DNA of 22,146 nucleotides from Octopus sinensis (GCF_006345805.1 NW_021823579.1:1-22146), one strand, 5' to 3'; counted from the first letter of the stretch, positions 1 through 10,299 are shown. The notes: generated by a model from the letters alone, not told the origin. Numbers and translations are program-made.

Positions 1-242
1 ACATTTTTAGAGAGTTACTTCCCTTATATAATAGCGAGAAAGCATTAAAATGGAAAAAAGTGAGGTAATTTTTTTTTAAATCGTAGACTCATCGTAGACG
101 CGCGCTAATACCCAGAAGGGCTCGATATGAATCACGACTATAAGATACCCGGTTTTCGTTAAACTGCACCGCAAAACGTGGGAGTAGTTAGGAATCTAAA
201 TCGTAGGAGACAGACACACAACTTGACTTTTATATATAAAGA
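1..242 (-). mobile_element. Probable non-autonomous Helitron-like element, 5' end (runs off the window)
   Basis: The minus strand starts A|TCTTTATATATAAAAG...TTGTGTGTCTGTCT: a 5' TC terminus after an A, as expected for Helitron A/T insertion, followed by the AT-rich head and microsatellite-like stretch typical of invertebrate non-autonomous Helitrons. Internal AAATCGTAG repeats at ~78 and ~198. The 3' hairpin/CTRR end is not in the window. Confidence 0.5.
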
Positions 243-270
243 TGAAAGTTAAAGAAGAATCGAAAAGTAC

Positions 271-480
271 ATGACGCCTGTTTTAGCAATCAACGAGGAA
301 AGATTTAATAGGACGGATGACATCGGCAGGATTTCACCTCGAAACTGTAAAGCGAAAACAATAACCGAAAGAAATTTGTCCGACACTCCCAACAACTGTT
401 AATATAGCTTATCGAAATACAATATTGAAGTAACGGGAAACAAAACATGTATATTGATATCGGAAACAGAAATCACCTCT
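271..480 (+). mobile_element. Possible ancient RTE-like LINE reverse transcriptase relic
   Basis: Frame from 271 reads LAINEERFNRTDDIGRIS...*YSLSKYNIEVTGNKTCIL, resembling IxGxRINNLRFADDIxLI...YGLEINxxKT (RT motifs 5-6). Weak and degenerate, judged by eye. Confidence 0.3.
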
Positions 481-583
481 ACCTAATGATAATAGCATTG
501 GCATTGCTACTCAAATGGATGCTGACAAATATATATCCAAATTTAGAGAACTCACATACATACAGTAATAAACATTGTTCATG

Positions 584-625
584 ATATATATATATATATT
601 ATATATATATATATATAATATATAT
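584..625. repeat. (AT)n microsatellite
   Basis: Direct reading of the sequence. Confidence 0.95.
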
Positions 626-690
626 GTGTTGGATGGTTTCACATATATACGCAACGTATATAAACAAATATGAATACGAAAAATGAGAAT

Positions 691-1061
691 ATCATCATCA
701 ACAACAATAATAATGATAGTAATAATAATAATAATTACACTTATGTGGATGATGATGAGGTTGATACTACTACTGTTGCTACTACTACTACTGCTACTAC
801 TACTACTACTACTACTACTACTGCTACTACTACTACTACTACTACTACTACTGCTGCTGTTGCTGCTGCTGCTTCTGCTGCCGCTGCTACCACTTCTACT
901 ACTACTGCTACTACTACAGCCACCACCGTCACCACCACCACCACCAACACTACTACTACTACTACTACTATACTACTACTGCTGCTGCAGATGTTGCTGC
1001 TGCTGCTTCTGCTGCCGCTGCTATTACCACTACTACTACCGCCACCACCACCACCACCACC
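691..1061. repeat. Compound trinucleotide microsatellite (ATC/AAC/AAT-GAT-CTA-CTG-CCA)
   Basis: Direct reading. Contains an identical 32-bp block at 858-889 and 992-1023. Confidence 0.95.
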
Positions 1062-2545
1062 TTACATCTAAAACTCCATTCTATTTCACCACTAACCCTA
1101 AAGTGCAGGGTATTCCCAGGAAAGTTTCTGTCGGGGCATAGTTGGCAACTAGCCTGAAAATATATCCTCCGCTGCCTGTCACGCCCAGGACCACACGATT
1201 TACCTTCCGAGTCCAGAAAGATCATCCGTGTTGCAAGAACCAGATTTTTCCGAACAATCACAGTGACTCTACCTCCCACTCCCGGACGACTTGGAGATGC
1301 GTACACCTTATAGTCACCGAAAGTTTGTTGGAAGTCCCGCGAGACGGAATTTCTGATTTCACTAATGACCAAAACGTCGACATTCAGTTCCCTGAGGTCG
1401 TTGAGCAGATGACCCCGTTTCCAAGGCGACCTCAAGCCACGTACATCCATGCTGCCAATTCTGTGCACGACAATGTTGTAGGAAAAAGAAAAGAAAACTA
1501 AAAGAAAACTTGTTTGGTTTTGTTTGGAGGGGCGAATTGTCCGTCATTCCTGTTGACTTGGGGTGTTTCCAGCAGCAAGTCTCCAGGAATTTTCTTGGTG
1601 ATATTCCCTCGAAAATCTCCGACATCCTGTGCGAGTTGGGATTTTTAAGTGTGTGTATGTGTGTTGTATTTGAACGATTTTATATGTGAGCTGGTAGGGA
1701 GATTGTGGCTATGACAAGATCTTCTAGTATTTGTGTGAGCTATGATGTACAGTTTGTACTTATTGCCATGTAGTTCGTAATGCTAGTCTCTTTGTCTCTT
1801 TAGCTGTAGTTACTGTCACTGTTATTGTTGTTGCGATGTTGGTTGTCATTGTAATTGTTGTTGTTGTGGTCATTGTTATCGTTGCGGTTGTTGTTGTTGT
1901 TGTGATGGTGGTTGTGGTTGTAGTGGTTGTTGTGATGGTGGTTGTTGTTGTGGTGATGTTTATGATTCTGATAGTTGTGGTTGTAGTTGGGCCGCTGTTT
2001 GTGTAGGGAGGAGAGGGCCCATCTCTCTTTTTCTTTCAATCTAGGGCAAAGGAATTTTAAATGTTCAGCCGAAAAGCAAATGTGGTCCTTTACTTTCCTA
2101 CAATCCAACATGACTGGAATAATGCTGCCCCCAGAAACATGGATCTAGTCTGGCATGAGATCCACATCCTCTTAGGTCGTTTGAAGGAAGAATTCTATCA
2201 TCCACACAGTGCATATCTTCTTTTTGGTCTGATAGGCTTCAAGTTTTCCTCGATGCCTATCGCTACTGCAGCAATTAGCAAAGGAATGACTATTTCTTGC
2301 GGAACCTATTGAATCATAATATTAGCCAGTCATTGGCCGCAGTAGAAAGGAACCAGCAACAGCTCCTCGCTTTTGAGGAGATTCAGAGAGTGAGGCTTAG
2401 TTTCCTCACGAGTGCGGAATTTGACTTCTACCACTCCAGAGGCACCCTCTCTTTATATATTCCTTTAGATTCCAGACGAAACCTAACGCCTTTTGTATTT
2501 GAGTCACTTGATTTTAATCCGATTGTACGGTACTTCACTGTGTGA
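1062..2545 (-). mobile_element. Degenerate Tx1/L1-type LINE: ORF1 (RRM-like, CCHC knuckle, Thr-rich tract) and ORF2 APE N-terminus, 3'-truncated
   Basis: From 1468 downwards the minus strand reads MHRIGSMDVRGLRSPWKRGHLLNDLRELNVDVLVISEIR...EGK, then after a frameshift VVLGVTGSGGYIFRLVANYAPT...*NGVLD (APE motifs N-x-R-G-L, S/QE, YAP, GDxN-like). Upstream ORF1 relic: SGVVEVKFRTREE...FYCGQ*LANIMIQ*VPQEI and (D)HICFSAEHLKFLC, a CX2CX4HX4C knuckle with the first Cys mutated (~2043-2090). Multiple stops and frameshifts. Confidence 0.85.
1802..1987 (-). repeat. Degenerate ACN (Thr-codon) triplet tract inside the Tx1-like ORF1
   Basis: Minus-strand triplets are ACA/ACC/ACT/ACG/ATC/ATA etc. The first base is nearly invariant and the third base is variable. 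Confidence 0.8.
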
Positions 2546-2559
2546 CGTATCTTATCCTA

Positions 2560-3026
2560 GATAGTCTCAAACACTACCGGCTTCCATCTTCAGAAAGATG
2601 GCACCAGTATAAACCTGAAACTGTGACCGGTAAAGATGATGTAACAGTATTCTGAGATATGCCAATCAACACCGATAAAGAAATCAAGGCAAACAGGCCG
2701 GACATAAATGTGCCCATTAAAGAATTTGAGAAGTTATTTAAGTACAAAGACCTAGAAATAGAAGTGACCAAGGTGTGGCCAATGAAAAGCAGTACAGCAC
2801 CAGTGGTGACTGGAGCGTTAGGGCTAATTAAAAAGGGCATTGATTAGCAGCTCAGCAAACTCCCTTGCAGTGTTAACGTATGAGAACTTCAGAAAATAGT
2901 GTTGCTAGATTCCGCACACATTTTACGCCGTGTACTCTGCATGAGATGTGGTCCAGCTGTGATCCTAGGGTCAAGGGATGACTCCGGTTCAGCAGAAGAC
3001 AGCTGACCATATTTTATTAAAAAAAG
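2560..3026 (+). mobile_element. R4/Dong-clade non-LTR retrotransposon, 5'-truncated RLE endonuclease fragment plus 3' UTR
   Basis: Reads KHYRLPSSERWHQYKPETV...*DMPINTDKEIKANRPDI/[internal deletion]/NVPIKEFEKLFKYKDLEIEVTKVW...PVVTGALG...ELQKIVLLDSAHILRRVL. 3' UTR hairpin at 2968-2984. (TAA)3 tail at 3027-3035. Confidence 0.9.
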
Positions 3027-3036
3027 TAATAATAAA

Positions 3037-3570
3037 TTCCCTGATGACATGCCAGACAATGGCTCTCATATCTTGTGATCTTAACTAATTGGAAGTGTTA
3101 TCATGGCCATTGTTTTGCCTTCGCATAAAATATGAGTTACCGCAGATTTCCTTGTCATTCGTTTGACCATAACCAGTTGAGAATGTCTCTTGGTGGCTGA
3201 CAATATGTGTATCTATGATCCCGAGCAGAAGTAGTGGGGAAGCATCATAGCCATGTGTTGAGATAATTCTTTGGGATTTGAATCATTCACCTCTGGAAAA
3301 ATGGGGGGTTTATTTCATCATCCTGAAACAAACCTTATTCAGGGACCTCTTGAGCGGGATGGGCTACTGAGCCTGAAGAAGTATCTGACTGGGCCCCACC
3401 TGCAAGGTCATGCGCTGTTTATCTTGATATAAGATCACCATGTCGTGCACATGTGGTTGTGATGCATGTACGTGGTGTAACCTTACTAGACGGGTAGTGA
3501 TGATGGCTATATAGGCTTCACATAATATTACTTCAGTGTTACTTTCATGGCATGTGCTGCTCTTTCACTC
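3037..3570 (+). mobile_element. Non-coding interspersed element bounded by (TAA)n on both sides; putative non-autonomous element, strand uncertain
   Basis: Begins right after TAATAATAA (3027-3035) and ends CACTC-AATAATAATAAT (3571-3582). More GC-rich than its flanks, no ORF in the supplied track, and no Pol III boxes seen. I recall a similar multicopy repeat from octopus sequence (unverified). Confidence 0.55.
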
Positions 3571-3819
3571 AATAATAATAATCATATTTGTATATCCACT
3601 GTATTTAGAATCGATGTAATCCTACTCATATGCGAAGTAGTATTTACCAGATATGTGAGAAAGCTGAACACTAGAAATATATCTAACCTGTGTACATATA
3701 CAAATACACAGATCTATAACCACAATAGAAACACATGCAAGCGACGTTAAACAGATGAATAACCGTGCTTTGACACATAAGTAATCCTCATACACGATTT
3801 GCATTATATTTATACGATG

Positions 3820-4285
<466 letters not shown>

Positions 4286-4963
4286 CTAAACAAAATGAAG
4301 GACTTTGCAATACATAATAGTGGTGAATTCAAAGCTTCTGTGGCATCTACAGCAAGAATGCCGTGCATTATCCTCTTGGCCTTTAGCTAACGCACTTATG
4401 ACATACACATATGTAAATCCATCATTACAATTTGACTTCATATAAAAAAATATTAAGAAATGATGCGCACAAAATTCCTTTCTAAAATATCAACATGTGT
4501 TGAGCATTACCACCATTCTACTTATAGAAGAATGAAATAAAAAAAATACGAATTAACAAAATTGCAAAATGCTTTATTCTATTCTTTTGTGATTTACAGC
4601 TGACTTGCATTCACCTCGTTGCATTTGCATATTGGCAAAAAGCGTGTTTAAGATATCAAATATAAAAAACAATGTGTCGTACGTTGTAAATACAGCATAT
4701 TCTTCAAGCACTATACTTTCTACATATGCGTTGCTTTACCATGTATCAAATGATCTGATGCATATTCGAAGCCGATTACTTATCCTTTCTTTATATTCTC
4801 CCTGAATAAATAAAAGTCAATTTCCCGGAATTTTCTCCGATAATAAAGCGAAGATATGTAAAGAAAAGCAAAATATTTCTTTCTATATCTCTTTATCTTA
4901 CGCAATATTTTCAAATGTGAAAGCTCAGCATATTACTCAATACAATTTTAACTTGGGATAATA

Positions 4964-5140
4964 TACTGGTTTCAAATTTTGGCACAAGGCAAGCATCTTT
5001 GGGGAAGAAGATAAGTCGATTAGTTGAAACCCCAGTGCTCTACTGGTGTATATTTTAACGACCCCGAAAGGATGAAATCCAAAGTCAACCTCGGTGGATT
5101 TAAATACAGAACGTAAAGATGCTGCTAAGCAGTTTGCCTG
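4964..5140 (-). mobile_element. Degenerate tRNA-derived SINE (same head/body as 5833-6069, different 3' tail), 5'-eroded
   Basis: Shares TAAGTCGATT...CCCAGTG...ACTGGT...CGACC.CGAAA.GATGAAA..CAAAGTC.ACCTCGG with 5896-5990. The tail on + reads ACTGGTTTCAAATTTTGGCACAAGG instead of TTTCTTTACTACCCACAAGGGG. Confidence 0.75.
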
Positions 5141-5832
5141 TGGACAATATATTGTAGATTATAAAACCAATACCGTCATTCGAGTTCTAGTGGCGAAAGG
5201 TTTTCAGAAATGAATGATCTGCCCTACAATATTCATTGTGAAATGAGACACGTCTTCGTTATATCCCGGAAAATTTCTATAGGAACTTACGGCATACTTC
5301 GATTATTTTCCTTTGTGTGAATGAAGGCGCACGAGAGTTCCAGAGAAGCTGAACCTCGGAAATACGAATCATTTGTTCGCGGACTTTTCAGTAAAGGCAA
5401 TCACAGTAAGAGATAATTGGTACTCCTCAAATATGTTTTAGTTCCTGGATTTCGAGTAGTATGAGATAATACAATAAAGTGTGACAGTTTTAGGCCTCAG
5501 TTCCAAACCACCTCTCGTGGTACTAACTCTAAAAAACCGGCTTCTCGTTTTCACCGCAACAATATTTAAACAAAATTTGCAACTGTTGGTACAATTTCGA
5601 GTCACACACTCTACATATTCGAAAACATTTCTCAAGTATTCAATGCATGTTCGCATGAAATGTATTGAGAGGCATTATGGTTACTGCAAGATACTATTTC
5701 CGAAACCAAAGGTACTCAGCAGCTAATCGAGGATAATAGTGTCTGTAACTGGACTACGCCTGACCAGATTAGGATGACGCCATTAAAATCACGATGGTAT
5801 CGGTTCACATGTAAGAAGGCATGTCTCAAATA

Positions 5833-6069
5833 TATTTCTTTACTACCCACAAGGGGCCAAACACAGAGAGGACAAACAAGGACAGACAAACGGATTAAGT
5901 CGATTATGTCGATCCCAGTGCGTAACTGGTACTTATTTAATCGACCTCGAAAAGAATGAAAGGCAAAGTCGACCTCGGCGGAATTTGAACCCAGAACGTA
6001 ACAGCAGACGAAATACGGCTACGCATTTCGCCCGGCGTGCTAACGGTTCTGCCAGCTCGCCGCCTTTTT
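5833..6069 (-). mobile_element. Full-length tRNA-derived SINE (octopus OR-type-like) with perfect 13-bp TSD
   Basis: Minus-strand head GGCGGCGAGCTGGCAGAACCGTTAG with an A-box-like TGGCAGAACCGT (6043-6054) and a B-box GTTCAAATTCC (5980-5990). TSD CATGTCTCAAATA at 5820-5832 and 6070-6082. Confidence 0.92.
5980..5990 (-). promoter_or_regulatory. Pol III B box of the SINE (GTTCAAATTCC)
   Basis: Matches the GTTCRANNC consensus. An A-box-like motif lies ~50 nt upstream on the same strand. Confidence 0.7.
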
Positions 6070-6848
6070 CATGTCTCAAATAGTTTAGTGTCGAGTTCAA
6101 CCTCGACTGTATAAGTATCGGTATTTTATTTGGTCATTATCTTGAAGTCATTTTGAATGAAATACGGGATGAGTGGCAATTATTAAGAAATCTGCCCCCC
6201 ACCATATATGAGGTGAGTGCAGATAGATTCTGTGGTGTTGTAGCTCTTAAGAATCATCCTTTTGCCTAACGGCATTTGATTGATTGATTATGCTAATATT
6301 CTGATAGACGTGTCACAAATATGTAGCCATAAATAATTCGATGCAGAGCACTTATAGCATATCAATAGTTTAAGCACAATGACCTAGATTAAATGCAATG
6401 GAATAGCCCACCGCTGAGAAAATAATAATATGTCATTAATGAAGTCACATATAATGTAAGTAATTTAAATTCAATAGAGGCGAAGAACTATGAGATCTAA
6501 ATGGGATACCAGAATATCTCTGCTGCGAATTATTATTTCATATAATCAATAAAAACGAACAAAATAAAGAAACAAAAAATTGACTACAAAAATAAGTAAA
6601 TAAAATATTTGCGAAACATAAATATAAATGTAATCAAGAAAGTAATCTTTGTTGATATAGAAGAAAAATTCTCATTAACAAACACGAACACTATGCATTT
6701 AAAAATGAAAGAAATATTAACTCGTATTCAATTATTTTCTCCTCAATGTTCTTGTTTCGATGTTTTTCAATTAAACGTATGTGTCATATTTCGAATAAGA
6801 TTTCAAATGAAGTTCATGTTGATTCTCAATTATTATAAATAGAAATAG

Positions 6849-7029
6849 ACATAGGAGTGGTTGTGTGGTAAGTAGCCTGCTTACAAACTACATGGTTCCA
6901 GGCTCAGTCCTACTGCGTGGCACCTTGGGCAAGTGTCTTCTACTATAGCCTAGGGTCGTCTAAAGCCTTGTGAGTGGGTTTCGTAGACGGAAACTAAAAG
7001 AAGACCCTCGTATATATGTATATATATAC

Positions 7030-7074
<45 letters not shown>

Positions 7075-7170
7075 CGTGTATGTTTGTGTATCTGTGTTAG
7101 TCCCTCCACCATCGCTTGACAACCGATGCTGGTGTGATTACGTCAGCGTAACGTAACGGTTCGGCAAAAG
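6849..7170 (+). mobile_element. Second tRNA-derived SINE family (CORE-like) with internal (TA)/(TG)n microsatellite, 3'-truncated
   Basis: A-box-like TGGTTGTGTGG (6858-6868), degenerate B-box GGCTCAGTCC (6901-6910), then GCACCTTGGGCAAGTGTC resembling the start of the CORE domain. Internal TG repeat at ~7033-7075. Ends abruptly at GGTTCGGCAAAAG. Confidence 0.8.
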
Positions 7171-7570
7171 GGTCCTGCCAAAAACTTTCAGCCGCAACGG
7201 CTACATATTCTCTACGACAGCGCACAACCAGAACGAACCATAATGCTGAAACTACTGCTGGTGCAAAGGCTGCAGAGTCAACAGCACAGCACACAGATTG
7301 CCAGACTTTGAATGCTGCTTTAATATCCACTGCAATGGCTCCAGAAACGGATGAACAAAGGACAATCCGACTTCAAACCAATGCAAACATGAAGGCCCTG
7401 CATAGAGACACATCAAAACCATCGATCAATCGGTTGACTGTTAAAGCACTTCTTTACAACCTTGCCGAAGACTGCGCTTCCTACCATCGGACATACGTCA
7501 ATTATTTTTCCATTCTCTACATCATGGAAAGTGTTCAGGAGAACCCATAAGGTTATGTTGCTCAAACCTT
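7171..7570 (+). mobile_element. Possible Helitron RepHel N-terminal coding relic
   Basis: Open frame reads AKAAESTAQHTDCQTLNAALISTAMAPETDEQRTIRLQTNANMKALHR...KALLYNLAEDCASY, then in another frame GEPIRLCCSN (7538-7567). This resembles the RAAETxEQRxxRL repeats and the ExxGMCCSNGKV zinc-binding motif of invertebrate Helitron RepHel N-termini (by-eye match). Confidence 0.5.
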
Positions 7571-7982
7571 CACATCTACTCCAAACCGTAGCCGTTAGCA
7601 ATCAGACTTCATACAAGCTTTTCGTTGATATTTGCTACATTTCCGTGATTGCTGTTGACAGTATATTACCTTCAATGTCCCTTCTTATTTCACGCACGCT
7701 GTTCGCTCGTAAGTGTGCTCTGATATTCATTTTTGTACATGCCATTATTCTATTTGTGTGTTTGCTAAAAATGTTTGGTTTTGCTTATCATACATGACTT
7801 TCAAACAAAAATGCTTCAATGCGGTTGTGCCCTGCATTACGAGTAGAATAACTACATGCTGCAAAACGCTTCACGTAAGATCTATGATCCCGAATGACTA
7901 TTGAAATTGCGATCTCATTTCATGGACTTCCATTTATTACTAACTGCCAAATTTGTGTTAAAAGAACTTTATTCATTACCTA

Positions 7983-8190
7983 AGTTGCATAATGCAGGGT
8001 TAGGCTAACGAACATTACCACTTGTCAGTGGGGACTACATGCTTTATTGAAAGGAAAATATCGAAGTTATTTAAAAGAAGGTGGAATTTTTAAACCCAGA
8101 GATGAGAATTTTAATAAGGAGTATACAGGTGGCAGTCGATAAAGCCAGCTTTTGTATATGGCTGAAACGAGAAGACCCAAAATGGCTCGA
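7983..8190 (+). mobile_element. Possible Hero-clade (RLE-type) non-LTR retrotransposon C-terminal relic
   Basis: Reads CIMQG*ANEHYHLSVGTTCFIERKISKLFK/(frameshift)/KVEFLNPEMRILIRSIQVAVDKASFCIWLKREDPKW, resembling the Hero C-terminus C..xGW...VEVGCRGF...AExASFWLWLRRxDxxW. Confidence 0.5.
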
Positions 8191-8659
8191 AAACCATAAC
8201 ATGCCGACTGGGAAATAGCGTCGCATTCTGGATTTATTTAAATACTGTTATGTTTTATATTAATGGACAGTCCGAGAAATTTCTTTGTTCATTTTACGTT
8301 TCTTGGATACCTTACCCGTAAATATATAATGTGAAGCCATATATGAAAGTAATTTTACTTGAATATTTTTAAGCTATGCAGAAAATTTTATTATTTTTGC
8401 TTAAGAATATTTCAACACAATACCATTTCAATAACCATTGAGATTCATATACTAATGGAGTTTTTTGCCTCAGTATTATCTTTGAACTACTGAAGCAGAT
8501 AGGATAATAGACAATAACAGAAATTGAAGTGGCGACATTTTCGCGAGTTATATATTAGCACGGTGACCCTATTGCGAAAGCGTACAGCTACATATAATTT
8601 TGTTCATGCGATAGCAAGCTGAAAGCGCTACCAAATGATAAATACATTTCGCGAAGTTA

Positions 8660-9350
8660 GCTGTATCCTGTTGCATAAACGATTCTTCCGTTGGTTTCAC
8701 ATGACTAAAACATTTCTTGATTTGCTAACGACTTTGAAATTATCTAAGCTCATGCATTCATATACGTGAATAAATTGTTTATATGAATTGTGATCGATGT
8801 ACAAATTATTTTAAAACATTGCTAATAACAATATGTAGTCTTAATATATGAACTGGAATATATAAGTCATTTGATGTTACTTTAGTTAGAACTGAACGAA
8901 ATGAAAGAACGGAATGAAAACTTTTGAAACATTTTAAGTAAAGTAAATACTTACAGACTTTTGAGAAAAGTAATGCTATCGGCGACGAAATACATCAATT
9001 TGGCTACTCATTTTCGAATCGATCAAAATGTATTAAGAATGTACATGAAAGCCATTGAATTGATACACCTTGTTCAAAATGCACATGAACACGGACCGGC
9101 GAAAATTTTATTTGCTGAAGATGTAAACGTGGGCAACAGCTCTTGTTACATTGATTTGTTTCCCGGAGTACTACTGTCAAACGAAATACAACGATATAGT
9201 AACAACGGTTATTCCAGAAACACTTGTTACTAGTGAATCAATTATCTTATGAAAACATTAGCTCTAAAGTAGAATCTGATTTCTTGTGACGATCCACAAC
9301 AGCGACTACGGTATTCAGATTCGAATCTGCAGCACCGCATTCAGTATAAA
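8660..9350 (+). mobile_element. Ancient L2/Crack/Daphne-like LINE RT relic
   Basis: Colinear motifs: CIND (8672-8683; YINDL-like), FAND (8721-8732; FADD-like), YELEYISH..LELNEMK (from 8847; LExISxW..LxLNxxKT-like), TKY..IDQN, GPAKIL, YIDL.PG..NEIQR, NLQHRIQYK (9324-9350). Explains the ORF at 8961-9233. Confidence 0.5.
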
Positions 9351-9706
9351 TAAGCATATCTATGTGTTTGCGTGCGCCTGTGCGTATATACATGCATACA
9401 TACACAGGTTGTGAACTGAATTCAAACATATATATTCTTCTAAAGATTTAGTGGAAATCTCTCGAATTTATTGCAGTTAAGCATTGAACGTGGAACATTC
9501 AAGTTTCTGAACTTTTTCAAATGTTTTCCATATACCTCTCGTGAGAGCAGGAAGTTACTTCATATATTAATACTTTGGTTGCCGATGATAATCTTACATA
9601 TTAGTTTTTAGGTTATATTTATTTCCAAATTCATTTAGACCAACTTACTAGCACGAAAATTATTTATGTTTCTATATCTGCTTGTGTCTGTACATACATG
9701 AACGTG

Positions 9707-9760
9707 CTCTCTCTCTCTCTCTCACACACACACGCACGCACACATACACACGCACATACG

Positions 9761-9809
<49 letters not shown>

Positions 9810-9850
9810 GTGTGTGTCTGTGTGTGTGTATATGTGTATGTGCCTGAGTC
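9707..9850. repeat. Compound dinucleotide microsatellite (CT, CA, TA, TG)
   Basis: Direct reading. Confidence 0.95.
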
Positions 9851-10299
9851 TATGTGCGTAGGTGGACGGATGTAAAGATCATAAAACAATACTCTTACGG
9901 TTACGGGTACAATAAAAAGTGAATATTAATTAAAAAAATGGTGATTTCTTGACTTGGATTTAGTAGAAATTTCTGCGCTAATAAAATATTAGACACATAA
10001 ATAAAGAGATAATATTTAAGAGAATATTCTGTTTGAATCACGCTGTTTGTAACAAGTAGAAATGATTCACCAGAACCAGTAAATAAAGCAGCAAACATTT
10101 GGAGAAATGTATTCTTTAATATTCGATAGCCAGAGAAGAATTACATTCTCTTAACCACAGGTACAGATTAATAGAGGCAATATAAAAGACAACGAAATAC
10201 TCTTCTTTCAAACACACGATACATCTTAGTCATCATTCTCATCATCAAAAGTTATTCTTCTAAAATATTTATAGACGCTAGCGAAATCTCTCTTTAGGA

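Noticed and set aside
670-1141. Long ORFs with poly-N/T/A/L/P runs (also 3622-4390, 11429-11774, 12122-12875, 14280-14750, 19197-19714)
   Set aside because: They are translations of di- and trinucleotide microsatellites that lack stops in some frames. There is no domain content or splice context.
4300-4390. Minus-strand GILAVDATEALNS resembling LINE RT motif 3 (xLDxxKAFDS)
   Set aside because: A single short motif without colinear support.
4740-4801. Possible 62-nt minus-strand exon (TTTATTCAG acceptor, G|GTAAAG donor; GEYKERISNRLRICIRSFDT)
   Set aside because: No recognisable homology and no partner exons found. Such sites are common by chance in AT-rich DNA.
5170-5440. Minus-strand ISYCDCL...EVCRKFL resembling Gypsy/DIRS RT motifs
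   Set aside because: Spacing and key residues are inconsistent, and no LTR or other domains are nearby.
5980-6069. tRNA genes at the SINE heads (also 6849-6915)
   Set aside because: They have A/B boxes but no complete cloverleaf, and they continue into SINE bodies.
6148-6212. Possible + strand exon ending at the strong donor GAG|GTGAGT
   Set aside because: Weak acceptor and no partner exons. The frame stays open on both sides, so it is treated under the ambiguous relic finding.
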